IMG/VR virus record: IMGVR_UViG_3300046005_001569
Span: 1,729 to 65,728 of that record
Reading direction: 5' to 3' (one strand)
DNA: 64,000 bases
DNA from: a virus
Taxonomy: Duplodnaviria; Caudoviricetes
A model generated the notes under the pieces. The model had not been told where the DNA came from and searched no databases. It was given only the letters and a program-made list of their open reading frames with translations. The first letter of the stretch is position 1. Every line of letters starts with the position of its first letter. Positions 17,132 to 25,254 of this stretch are shown here, piece after piece. Made by a program: the position numbers and the translations under genes.

Positions 17132-18774
17132 TAAACCACCTCCTTCCAATTTATTTGCGTTCTGTAGTCGAATGCTTCTCTAAACGTAAATCCGTACACG
17201 GTTTCGCTGTCAATCTTTGCTGATAACCACATTGGCTTGTCGCCGACCAATTCCGCAAACAAAAAGGCGTTGTCTGTTTTTAGTCTGCCTCTATTTACAT
17301 AGATTTCCGTGCGGATACCGTGCAAAGACCCAAACCATGTAACATCCTCGAATAATCGCAAGTCGCCATATCTGCCCCCCTCATCACCCGAACCGTCGTC
17401 ATCAGCTCCGCGCCACAAAATCATTTCGCACGCTGGAAAATACTTTGATGTTTCGTGTGAAAGCGAATAAGAAAAATTTTCTACGCCAGTAAGGCTAAAT
17501 GTCGCAAATCCAAAGCAAGACGGCAATAATGTTTTGACATTAAAATACAATTGGTTTTTATATTGAATTGTTCGCGCCTCAAAGCCTATGTGTAGTAACA
17601 CTTTTGTTAAGTCAAATGAAAAACTAGCCCTGTAGTTTGGCATGAAATACCCTGATTTAATCCCCTCTATCTTGGAGTTTAAATAGCGTCTAAATCCATT
17701 TTTTTTATAAGAGTGTTGCCAGCTAGTGCAGCCGTTCTTTGCGATAATAGCCAAATCATGCTCCCGTAGAGCGTCATCAGACATTCCCCTAATGGCATTA
17801 TCTTGAACAGTCCTGTCTAGGCTTTTAATGATGTTGCCAATTGCAAGCGGTTCGTCTGCTGGCGCATTGGCATACCAGTTGAAAACCTTGTCAATGTTTT
17901 CCAATCCGCCGCCACCTGATTTTATTTTTGCAATAACTGAATCGACCTCTGCATCTGCCTCCTCAAGCGTCATTGATATACCTAGTTCAAAAAAATGTAC
18001 CTTGCCGTTGACAATGGAATACTGCCCCTCTGCCCTAAACGCTTGGAAAATACTTGATTCTGCCATCGCTTTTTCATAATTATCTGTTGCCGCCTTGTTT
18101 TGAGCGTAAATGGCATCGAATGCCGTACCCTCTGTTGTCGCGGTTTCATTTTCTATGGCTTGTCTTTGCGCTTCTAATTCGCTTATCTGTTCGCTGTCCA
18201 CAGGCAAAGTTATTGGAATTTCTTTGCGTTTCGTAACGCTGTCATCGTTGTTGATTTGGTACTCACAAAAAACCGCAACGCCATCGGTACAATGAATTGC
18301 TAGTATGACACCCTTGTTTAACGCAGCTCCTAATATCGGTCTGCCTAAGTCGTAAAAGCCACCGCTGACCATTACAAGCGTAGAGCTTGAAATACCTGTG
18401 TTATTTTCGTTTGAAATCCAACTTATCATGCTGCCATCAACGCCTTGCCAATTTGCGTTAAATTGCACGGGGTCTGGCAGGTCTGGTTCTGGTGGTGTAA
18501 GTTCGCTGGGTGCTTCTGCTGTTCCGAATGTAACGCCAAAGTAATCACATTCGCCAACAGCGTAATTTTTATAAGCAAATTTAGGGGTTGGCGATTGAAT
18601 ACCTAAAAACAAATTGCCGCTTACGATAACGGTTTCGTTAGTCCAATCGTAAATGAAGTCGCCGATAGTGCAGGAAAAGTTTTGTCCGTCAAAAGTTCGC
18701 CAGACATAATCATTCTCAAGAATATAATTGTAAGCGTATGACGGAATGCCCGTTCTTGAAACGATGTGATACAT
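17131..18774 (-). CDS. Hypothetical virion protein
   Basis: 547-aa ORF in the late operon. Confidence 0.65.
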   Translation of the reverse strand: MYHIVSRTGIPSYAYNYILENDYVWRTFDGQNFSCTIGDFIYDWTNETVIVSGNLFLGIQSPTPKFAYKNYAVGECDYFGVTFGTAEAPSELTPPEPDLPDPVQFNANWQGVDGSMISWISNENNTGISSSTLVMVSGGFYDLGRPILGAALNKGVILAIHCTDGVAVFCEYQINNDDSVTKRKEIPITLPVDSEQISELEAQRQAIENETATTEGTAFDAIYAQNKAATDNYEKAMAESSIFQAFRAEGQYSIVNGKVHFFELGISMTLEEADAEVDSVIAKIKSGGGGLENIDKVFNWYANAPADEPLAIGNIIKSLDRTVQDNAIRGMSDDALREHDLAIIAKNGCTSWQHSYKKNGFRRYLNSKIEGIKSGYFMPNYRASFSFDLTKVLLHIGFEARTIQYKNQLYFNVKTLLPSCFGFATFSLTGVENFSYSLSHETSKYFPACEMILWRGADDDGSGDEGGRYGDLRLFEDVTWFGSLHGIRTEIYVNRGRLKTDNAFLFAELVGDKPMWLSAKIDSETVYGFTFREAFDYRTQINWKEVV

Positions 18775-18785
18775 AGATACCCTAT

Positions 18786-18822
18786 AAAAAAAGCCGCCTC
18801 GCCATTCAATGACAAGGCGGCT
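18786..18822 (-). terminator. Rho-independent terminator
   Basis: AGCCGCC/GGCGGCT stem followed by a U-run on the minus strand. Confidence 0.75.
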
Positions 18823-18853
18823 AGTTCCTTACAACAAAACCGTTACAGCGTGA

Positions 18854-19612
18854 TTAGCCACCGAGCGCAGTGCGAATATCGCTGCCGCTTTCAAAATAAG
18901 TATATTGCACATAAAGACGAACACCATCGAGCGTATTCCCCAAGTCATTCCATTGTGCTGCATCAAGGTCTAACCCGTGAGTGCTAATTTCAACTTCAAC
19001 CGTTAAACCAGCAGGAGTAGTTAAACGCGCTCTGCCGTAATTCAAAATCATACCAACTTCATATCCCCCAAATACCCAGTCATGGAATGAGATTGTACCG
19101 TTACCCGCAGCCTCAAATAGACCTTCGTCGTAATTATCGACGTGAGCGTCCCAATCCGAACCAATAATTCTATTGCAAGTGCCAAATTTTTCGGTTTGAC
19201 CAACGATTGCATCCAAATACGTTTTTTCAGCAGTAACTACCGCTGTCAAATCAGTAACAGCTTGTTGAGCCGCTGCAATTGCCGCGTTAATTGCATCAGC
19301 AACGTTGGCTTCTGGGTTGACCGAAATGTAATCAGCAATTTCTTTTAATGTGTTTAACGCTTCTGGTGCAGAACCAATTACGTCAGCAATCGCTTTGCGG
19401 AATGAACCATTAACAGTTGAATCGCCATTAACTGTGTCTAACAAGTTGCTGATTGTGGTATCAGCCGCTTGACGCGCTGCAATTTCAGCGTTGATTGCTG
19501 TAGTTAATGCAGTTGAACCAGCAGAACCTTGTGCGTTTAATTGCGCTAATAACGCAGCTAATGCTTCTGGCAAACCTTGAATACTTTTTTGACTAAATTT
19601 AATTTGTGACAT
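18854..19612 (-). CDS. Fibre/whisker-like protein (coiled coil plus small C-terminal domain)
   Basis: EIAARQAADT and APEALNTLKEIADYI motifs typical of phage fibres. Confidence 0.7.
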   Translation of the reverse strand: MSQIKFSQKSIQGLPEALAALLAQLNAQGSAGSTALTTAINAEIAARQAADTTISNLLDTVNGDSTVNGSFRKAIADVIGSAPEALNTLKEIADYISVNPEANVADAINAAIAAAQQAVTDLTAVVTAEKTYLDAIVGQTEKFGTCNRIIGSDWDAHVDNYDEGLFEAAGNGTISFHDWVFGGYEVGMILNYGRARLTTPAGLTVEVEISTHGLDLDAAQWNDLGNTLDGVRLYVQYTYFESGSDIRTALGG

Positions 19613-19647
19613 GAGGAGAACTCCAAAAATATAATAAAATGACGGTG

Positions 19648-19872
19648 TTACTTAGTCCGACAACTGAGAGTAGCATTCGCTGAATCAGCGACTAGGCGGT
19701 TTAATTTTTTTACACGATTTGCCACTGTGGCAAACGTTGTTTTTCTATATTCTTTCAATAATTTATCTAATGTTTGCGTATCAACATCTAAGTGAAGAAT
19801 TCCATTTGATATTGAAAAAGGTGTTTTTTCTTCAATAGCCCATGCAGCAAAAGCAAAATTTCTAACTATCAT
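19648..19872 (-). CDS. Small hypothetical protein (DUF5659-like)
   Basis: NFAFAAW N-terminus and basic C-terminal helix; weak recognition. Confidence 0.45.
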   Translation of the reverse strand: MIVRNFAFAAWAIEEKTPFSISNGILHLDVDTQTLDKLLKEYRKTTFATVANRVKKLNRLVADSANATLSCRTK

Positions 19873-20189
19873 TCTGTTACCTGCGATAAGTAAGAAACAA
19901 CACCATGACAGCCATTAACTTCTTCGCATTCACCAAAATAAGCGTAAAATTTTCCATCTTCTTCAATCGCATTTGCATCATAAATTTCAGCAACATTATC
20001 AGCGTCATAAACCATAGCGATATTTAAAACTAACGCGCCATCTGGTTTATTCGGCAATAACATTTTGCAGCTTTCAATTAAAATTTTTTCAGTTGTAAAA
20101 AGTTCGGCTTGACGTAAAAAATCTATTTCTTTTTCTACTTTTGTTACATCTTGCTGTAACGCAGGTGTTGCAAATAAATTACGTTTCAT
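19869..20189 (-). CDS. Hypothetical protein, possibly fibre-associated
   Basis: ATGA-coupled on both sides. Confidence 0.6.
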   Translation of the reverse strand: MKRNLFATPALQQDVTKVEKEIDFLRQAELFTTEKILIESCKMLLPNKPDGALVLNIAMVYDADNVAEIYDANAIEEDGKFYAYFGECEEVNGCHGVVSYLSQVTE

Positions 20190-20842
20190 TTTTTAGGTGT
20201 TCCCGCAGGGCGATTAACTTGTCCAAATTCATACTTTTGCATCGCGCCTTTTTGCATTGCTGCTTCATTCTCAAGGTCTGCGCGTGTGCCAAAGCTACCG
20301 ATAAATGAAGCTAAGAAATTTTCCGCTTTAACAGAATCATAAATAATCGAATCCTTTTTACTGTAAAGACGATACAAAGCCCAATCACATAATGCCAAGT
20401 GATAACGCCCGTTAATTTCCAAAAGCATTGCAGGTGTTCTCGACGCTGTAATTTGAAGTTTGTCGTCGTGGCTAAATTTTGGATAAACCGACAAGTGCGC
20501 CGTCTTTTGGTCAACGAAATAATACGTTGGCTCTGTCGGCAATTGGTTTTCCCAACCTGCGTTGTAGATGTCGAGTTCACGAATCGTTGTTTGATAAAGC
20601 GAGTTGTTTTGAGAATGTACTTTTACTCGCGTAATCGCAACGATATTTTTCGGTAATTCGATTTTGCAATCTTCATTTTTAACATCTAATTCAAGTACGT
20701 CAACAAGTAACGCCTGACGACGACACGCTTCGTTTTCGGCTTCCTTTATGTAAAAGGTGATGAATCCATCAGAAAACAAAAACGGTTCGATTATATCGTC
20801 AGTTTGAAATCGGATGTGTTCAATTAACGTTTCGATACTCAT
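20186..20842 (-). CDS. Head-tail adaptor-like protein
   Basis: EAENEACRR...YHLALCDWALYRLYSKKD...A..F...FG pattern of podovirus adaptors. Confidence 0.7.
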   Translation of the reverse strand: MSIETLIEHIRFQTDDIIEPFLFSDGFITFYIKEAENEACRRQALLVDVLELDVKNEDCKIELPKNIVAITRVKVHSQNNSLYQTTIRELDIYNAGWENQLPTEPTYYFVDQKTAHLSVYPKFSHDDKLQITASRTPAMLLEINGRYHLALCDWALYRLYSKKDSIIYDSVKAENFLASFIGSFGTRADLENEAAMQKGAMQKYEFGQVNRPAGTPKK

Positions 20843-21453
20843 TAGAAGTACGCCGACCGTGTTTCAAATATCGCACTCGAAAAGCCGTGTGCCGCTTCTG
20901 ACCTAGCGCAGTCTTGTGCGTGTCTAAAATCTTCTCGGTACTGCTTTGCCATTCCGAAGTCACTAAACGGTCTGCCTACCATTGCACACAGATTGCCTAA
21001 CGCACCGTAACTGATTGCTTCTGCGTAGTGCGTGAATAAAATATCTGGTACTTCCATTGCTGTATAGCTTGGCATCAACGCAACGCGAATTTTTAATCCT
21101 GCTGGTACGTTTGCCATTGGTGTTTTTACAAGGTCAATTTCTTTGCTCGCAACGTGAGAAACATAATAAGGCGCGTAACCAAATGACATCCCTACTGTAT
21201 CGTTAATTGCGGTGTACTCGTCATCAATAACAACAACGCGCATAACACGCACTAATTCAGCGTTTTCGGGAATCGCTAACGCATAAGTGTTTTGCTTATC
21301 GTGTAAATCCATAGGCTCTAAATCGACCTGCCAAACAAATGTGTTACGGCAGAAATCGACACAAGCGCGGCGCGTATGCGATACAAACTCCATGTCCGAT
21401 ACTTCGGGCAAGGCAGGATATATGAACGGCGAGAATTTAACTAAGTCAATCAT
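20842..21453 (-). CDS. Second adaptor-like protein
   Basis: RRACVDFCRNTFVW...VALMPS...YAEAISYGAL; start at ATG 21453, overlapping the upstream stop. Confidence 0.7.
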   Translation of the reverse strand: MIDLVKFSPFIYPALPEVSDMEFVSHTRRACVDFCRNTFVWQVDLEPMDLHDKQNTYALAIPENAELVRVMRVVVIDDEYTAINDTVGMSFGYAPYYVSHVASKEIDLVKTPMANVPAGLKIRVALMPSYTAMEVPDILFTHYAEAISYGALGNLCAMVGRPFSDFGMAKQYREDFRHAQDCARSEAAHGFSSAIFETRSAYF

Positions 21454-21713
21454 GCAACAACTGTCCAATCTTCGCCAAGCATATCTGTTTGTGAAGCAAG
21501 CCACGGCACTCTTGCATCTTTGTGATTTGCGGGGGCTGTTTCGCTTGCTGGTGTGCTTGGGTACGCCATAAAGATGTACGGCAATGTCATCTTGCTATGT
21601 TCGTCTGGCACTTGAAGCTCAAGCCACAAACCTTTTCCATTCCAACCCGCACGCGCAACTTTTTTACCTTGCTTTAACGCTTCAATCGCTTGACCAAAAT
21701 TTAACCCACTCAT
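21450..21713 (-). CDS. tad2: DUF2829 / Tad2-family protein (putative cyclic-nucleotide sponge)
   Basis: LNFGQAIEALKQGKKVARAGWNGKG...PWLASQTDMLGEDW is the DUF2829 signature. Confidence 0.85.
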   Translation of the reverse strand: MSGLNFGQAIEALKQGKKVARAGWNGKGLWLELQVPDEHSKMTLPYIFMAYPSTPASETAPANHKDARVPWLASQTDMLGEDWTVVA

Positions 21714-21714
21714 T

Positions 21715-22101
21715 TTATGCACCTTCGTGTAATTTTTGTTTCAACAAGTACCCTTCCAACGCCCAGATTTTTTGCACTGCATTACCGCGAGCAATCTTAC
21801 GACCCAATTCAGCATCAAAGTTTTCTGGACTTGCACAGGCAGATTCACCAGTAATAACAAATCCATTTTTAAGCACAAGAACGCAAAACGTGAGCAAGTT
21901 AAGTGGTTTTAAATCTGCATCATCTTCTTCTGGCTTATGCCGACCTACATACGTTTCTTTTACTATTGCTCCATCAATGCCGTCGCGTGCAGTAAAGAAA
22001 CTTTCCGAAACAATTACGCTTTCGATTGCGTCTGGCGTAATGCGTGGTGCAGTCAAACCTTTTTCAACAATTTCTTTTTCGATTTCTTTGTCAAAGCTCA
22101 T
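21715..22101 (-). CDS. N4 gp49/Sf6 gp66-family protein (Acb4-like putative cGAMP sponge)
   Basis: APRITPDAIE...LTFCVLVLKNGFVITGESACASPENFDAELGRKIARGNAVQKIWALEGYLL. Confidence 0.85.
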   Translation of the reverse strand: MSFDKEIEKEIVEKGLTAPRITPDAIESVIVSESFFTARDGIDGAIVKETYVGRHKPEEDDADLKPLNLLTFCVLVLKNGFVITGESACASPENFDAELGRKIARGNAVQKIWALEGYLLKQKLHEGA

Positions 22102-22102
22102 C

Positions 22103-22342
22103 TTAGTTTTCCTGTTTATTTAATTCTTGATAGATTTCGTCTTGATAAGAAAGTGTTTTTTGTAATTCAAATTGAAAGACCAATTCGTCAATCATTTGTT
22201 GCAAGGATAAGTCTAGTGCTGGCTTGCCCATAACGCGGACATATTCGTCATACAAACCTTGCTGGGTTAGGTGCGAATAAGGTGTGCCGCTTGGCATAAC
22301 TTTTTCGACTTCGATTTCTTTTTTGATGGTTTTGGCTGCCAC
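22103..22342 (-). CDS. Hypothetical protein, first gene after the 22399 promoter
   Basis: GTG start with a GGAG RBS. Confidence 0.65.
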   Translation of the reverse strand: MAAKTIKKEIEVEKVMPSGTPYSHLTQQGLYDEYVRVMGKPALDLSLQQMIDELVFQFELQKTLSYQDEIYQELNKQEN

Positions 22343-22370
22343 GTTTTAATCGCTCCGTAAATTTTTGCAA

Positions 22371-22427
22371 ATTGTAATCAATGACGTGATTCAATTGCTT
22401 TAAACTAAATTAGTAATTTAGTTGAAA
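22371..22427 (-). promoter_or_regulatory. Late promoter: dyad TTTAAAC-N15-GTTGAAA (22399-22427) plus -10 TACAAT (22376-22371)
   Basis: Copy of the repeated dyad with the same 22-nt spacing. Confidence 0.75.
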
Positions 22428-22456
22428 AATTCCCGCGCCAAATTTTCAGCGCGGGA
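22425..22456 (-). terminator. Terminator after the capsid/decoration genes
   Basis: TCCCGCGC/GCGCGGGA stem followed by ATTTTT on the minus strand. Confidence 0.7.
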
Positions 22457-22471
22457 TAATTCATTAGGGTG

Positions 22472-22945
22472 TTAAGCCCCGTCTGATTTTCCAAGCAACC
22501 GAAGATAGAATTCACCGACAGTTTTCTTTACTTGTTCGCCAGAAGCACCGCTGAATCGCAATTGCACTACGGCATTAAGCGAGAAGTGCATTGGTGATAC
22601 AAGTTTCAATCCACTACCCGCAACGCTTACATCTTGCGCCGTAATGAATGCTGTTGTTGAAGGCATTTCACTTCCTTCGGGGATTGTTTGTTTAGTGTCC
22701 TCGTAGCGAAAACCTACATCGACCTTGCAACCCGCCGAATAAGGCTTGTTCACAAATCCAATTTCACTAACTGTCGTTCCCGCAGGTAAGCGAATGAAGT
22801 CAATAATGACGACATCACCTGTTTTTGAAGTTAATCCGACGCAGCCACCAACAGGGAGTTCTGAATCCCAAATTGCTGTATTGCCATACTGACCACCGTG
22901 TTGCATATCTTTTAACGATGGTGCGCGATAAGTTAAATTAGCCAT
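22472..22945 (-). CDS. Putative capsid decoration/cement protein
   Basis: Beta-rich 157-aa protein directly after the capsid gene (GDVV...RLPAGTTV...DVGF). Confidence 0.65.
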   Translation of the reverse strand: MANLTYRAPSLKDMQHGGQYGNTAIWDSELPVGGCVGLTSKTGDVVIIDFIRLPAGTTVSEIGFVNKPYSAGCKVDVGFRYEDTKQTIPEGSEMPSTTAFITAQDVSVAGSGLKLVSPMHFSLNAVVQLRFSGASGEQVKKTVGEFYLRLLGKSDGA

Positions 22946-22960
22946 TTCATTTGCTCCATC

Positions 22961-24241
22961 TTACGGTAATTTTTTAGCAGCATTCCACTCTGCCGAGTTC
23001 ATCGGCGGAGCATAGCTATCAATAACGGCAACACCAAAGTCGGTGTCTGCCCCTTTCATTCTAAAACGAATTTTTGATGCACCTTCAACGACGGACATTG
23101 ATTGTTCAAGTCTGTTGTCGTGGTCGCCCAAAGTTTCAAAATACTTCCACGATTGCGCCGCGCCACTACCACCAGAACCGTAGGCTTTCATCAACGCGGA
23201 TGCGCCGACTAAAATCGCACGGTCAATATGGAAGTTATTGCTGATAGCTGGAATCGTATCAAATACTTCATTGTAGGTTTTTCCGTCAACGCCGCCGTCA
23301 TCAACGATAACGTTGTCGTTTGGTAAAAAGCGGATGGCGTATCTGTCCATTGGTTTGACTAAAATACCATTCCAAACAATACCTTCGCCTGTAAATAATG
23401 GATGTGCTTTTGCACCTTCGTAACGCTTCATCGCATTAGTGACAGCAGTATTCCAATCAATAGCCGCAGTAGGACGTTTGATAAGCTCCCATTGACGACG
23501 CGATACCCACAAAATATAAAGCGGTTTATTAGCCGCCCACATATCCGCTTCAAACGTTGCGGAGCGCATAGGAATTTCTGATTCCATAAGCATCGCACCA
23601 AGCGTACCAATGTCATCTAAGCCCAAAACGTCAGTGATTGTTAAATCGGATAATTTTGTTTTGCCACCTGCAAAGAAATGGCGGTTTTTTGTCGGGGCTA
23701 AAACTGGGTTCACCATGATTTGCTTGAACTTAGGCGACGTATGAAACGGTACTGCCCAATCCGCTAAATCTTGCGAACCTCTAGCTCCTGCCATGTGAAC
23801 TAAACAACGTTGGTTTTCAAGACGCGCCGAAATCGCCGACAATCCATCTAAACCAATTTTGCGTAAATCGTGTGGTGTTCTAAAGCCCGTCATCTTTGTT
23901 GATTCAATCGCAAAACGCGATTGGTCAATTCTGACTTCTTGATGGCTTTGTGTTGTTGACATGAACTTACCCTGTAAGTTTTCGTCGCCCATAATCGGGT
24001 TGCCTTCAAAAATATCGACAAGTGAGAAACGAATGGTATCGGCAATGCCTTTGCCTAAGTCGGTACTGACTACAATCGGCGCACCTGAATTGGATTGCGC
24101 TGTTTGATTTTGGTCAGAAATTTTCGGTGGCGTTCCAGTGTTCATTTTCATAAACCCTAAATCGGATTGCACACCTTTAAACAAATAAGGCGAATAGACT
24201 TTTGTTGCAGCCTTATCGCCTGCTGGGATAATTACAGCCAT
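22961..24241 (-). CDS. Major capsid protein (N4-gp56/DUF4043 type)
   Basis: DLGKGIADTIRF, PIMGD, IDQSR, HDLR, HMAGARG, NPVLAPT, HPLFTG, DFGVAVID motifs, as in 933W/Bcep22-like capsids. Start at ATG 24241. Confidence 0.9.
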   Translation of the reverse strand: MAVIIPAGDKAATKVYSPYLFKGVQSDLGFMKMNTGTPPKISDQNQTAQSNSGAPIVVSTDLGKGIADTIRFSLVDIFEGNPIMGDENLQGKFMSTTQSHQEVRIDQSRFAIESTKMTGFRTPHDLRKIGLDGLSAISARLENQRCLVHMAGARGSQDLADWAVPFHTSPKFKQIMVNPVLAPTKNRHFFAGGKTKLSDLTITDVLGLDDIGTLGAMLMESEIPMRSATFEADMWAANKPLYILWVSRRQWELIKRPTAAIDWNTAVTNAMKRYEGAKAHPLFTGEGIVWNGILVKPMDRYAIRFLPNDNVIVDDGGVDGKTYNEVFDTIPAISNNFHIDRAILVGASALMKAYGSGGSGAAQSWKYFETLGDHDNRLEQSMSVVEGASKIRFRMKGADTDFGVAVIDSYAPPMNSAEWNAAKKLP

Positions 24242-24261
24242 AAATAAAATTCCTTCTACGC

Positions 24262-24311
24262 ACGTCATCACGACGTTCTGGTGGGATTAGGCACTATCAT
24301 CACGACAGTGC
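24262..24311 (-). promoter_or_regulatory. Two tandem hairpins with GUGAU loops in the capsid leader
   Basis: GCACTGTC-GTGAT-GATAGTGC (24311-24291) and ACGTC-GTGAT-GACGT (24276-24262). Confidence 0.65.
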
Positions 24312-24326
24312 AATTCTTGTTACTTC

Positions 24327-25178
24327 TTAGCCAAAAGCACTGGGTAAATCATCGTAATCATGTGTTTCAAACCACTTTTGCAATTCAAACGATGACATTT
24401 CCTCAATGGATTTCGAGCCTGTTTTTTCAGACGGTATAACGCCGCTGCCTAAATCGCTCAAACTAAACGGCATCTGAGCTTGGGGAGCTACGGCTGGCGG
24501 TGTTGCTTTCGTCTGCGGTTGTGCTGGTACACCTAACATCGCTGTCATAACTTGGTTTAACTTCGCAATTTTCTCGGATTCGGGTAGTTGCGCTGTTACA
24601 GGGTTTTCGTAAAAGGAATCGTAAATCTTTCCAGCTTGCGCCCATGTTTCAGGGTCTTGTTGCATTGCCTTCAAGTTCGGATAACTTTCAATGATTGCCT
24701 GTTGTTGTGCCTCAGCTTGTGCAGCCGTTTGTTGCTGTTTAGCAAGTTCAGCCTGTTCAAACTGTGCTGCTCGCGCTGCGGCGGTGGCTAATTCGTTCAA
24801 GGTTTTCTCGAAAACGATTGCAGCCTCCTCGTCGTACTCTTTCAACTCAGCTAATTTGTCGAGAGCCTCTTGCGAAATAACGGGGGTAGCTACGCCCTGT
24901 CCGTTCTTAAAGGCTTCGATTTGACTAACTAAATTTTGATACTTTTGCTCAATTTCGATTTTGTCGTTTAGAGCATCTTTAAGTACCTTGAAGGGAATTT
25001 TGCGCTGGTCATCAGGTGTTGCGATATATTTTTCAGAATCATCAATTTCACCTTTAGGCACACTTCCTTTTTCTCCCGCTGGTGATTCGACGGCTGCCGA
25101 TTGCTCGTCGGTGGTAACGGCTGATTGTTCTTCTGGGTCTAAGATTAGTTTGTCGTAATCACTGATTTCTTCGCTCAT
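24327..25178 (-). CDS. Putative scaffolding protein
   Basis: Acidic coiled-coil protein just upstream of the capsid gene (IPFKVL; PFSLSDLG...MS tail). Start at ATG 25178 after AAGGA. Confidence 0.75.
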   Translation of the reverse strand: MSEEISDYDKLILDPEEQSAVTTDEQSAAVESPAGEKGSVPKGEIDDSEKYIATPDDQRKIPFKVLKDALNDKIEIEQKYQNLVSQIEAFKNGQGVATPVISQEALDKLAELKEYDEEAAIVFEKTLNELATAAARAAQFEQAELAKQQQTAAQAEAQQQAIIESYPNLKAMQQDPETWAQAGKIYDSFYENPVTAQLPESEKIAKLNQVMTAMLGVPAQPQTKATPPAVAPQAQMPFSLSDLGSGVIPSEKTGSKSIEEMSSFELQKWFETHDYDDLPSAFG

Positions 25179-25191
25179 AATTTCCTTTTCT

Positions 25192-25251
25192 ATTTGACGC
25201 ATAGGTGCGAAAGTTAAAGTAGGTTTTGCCATTTAACGCATGACTGCGAAA
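25192..25251 (-). repeat. Two ~20-nt direct repeats (TTCGCA-nnnA-TGCGTyAAAT), each a small hairpin, in the scaffold leader
   Basis: Copies at 25192-25212 and 25231-25251, 39-nt period. Confidence 0.65.
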
Positions 25252-25254
25252 TCT

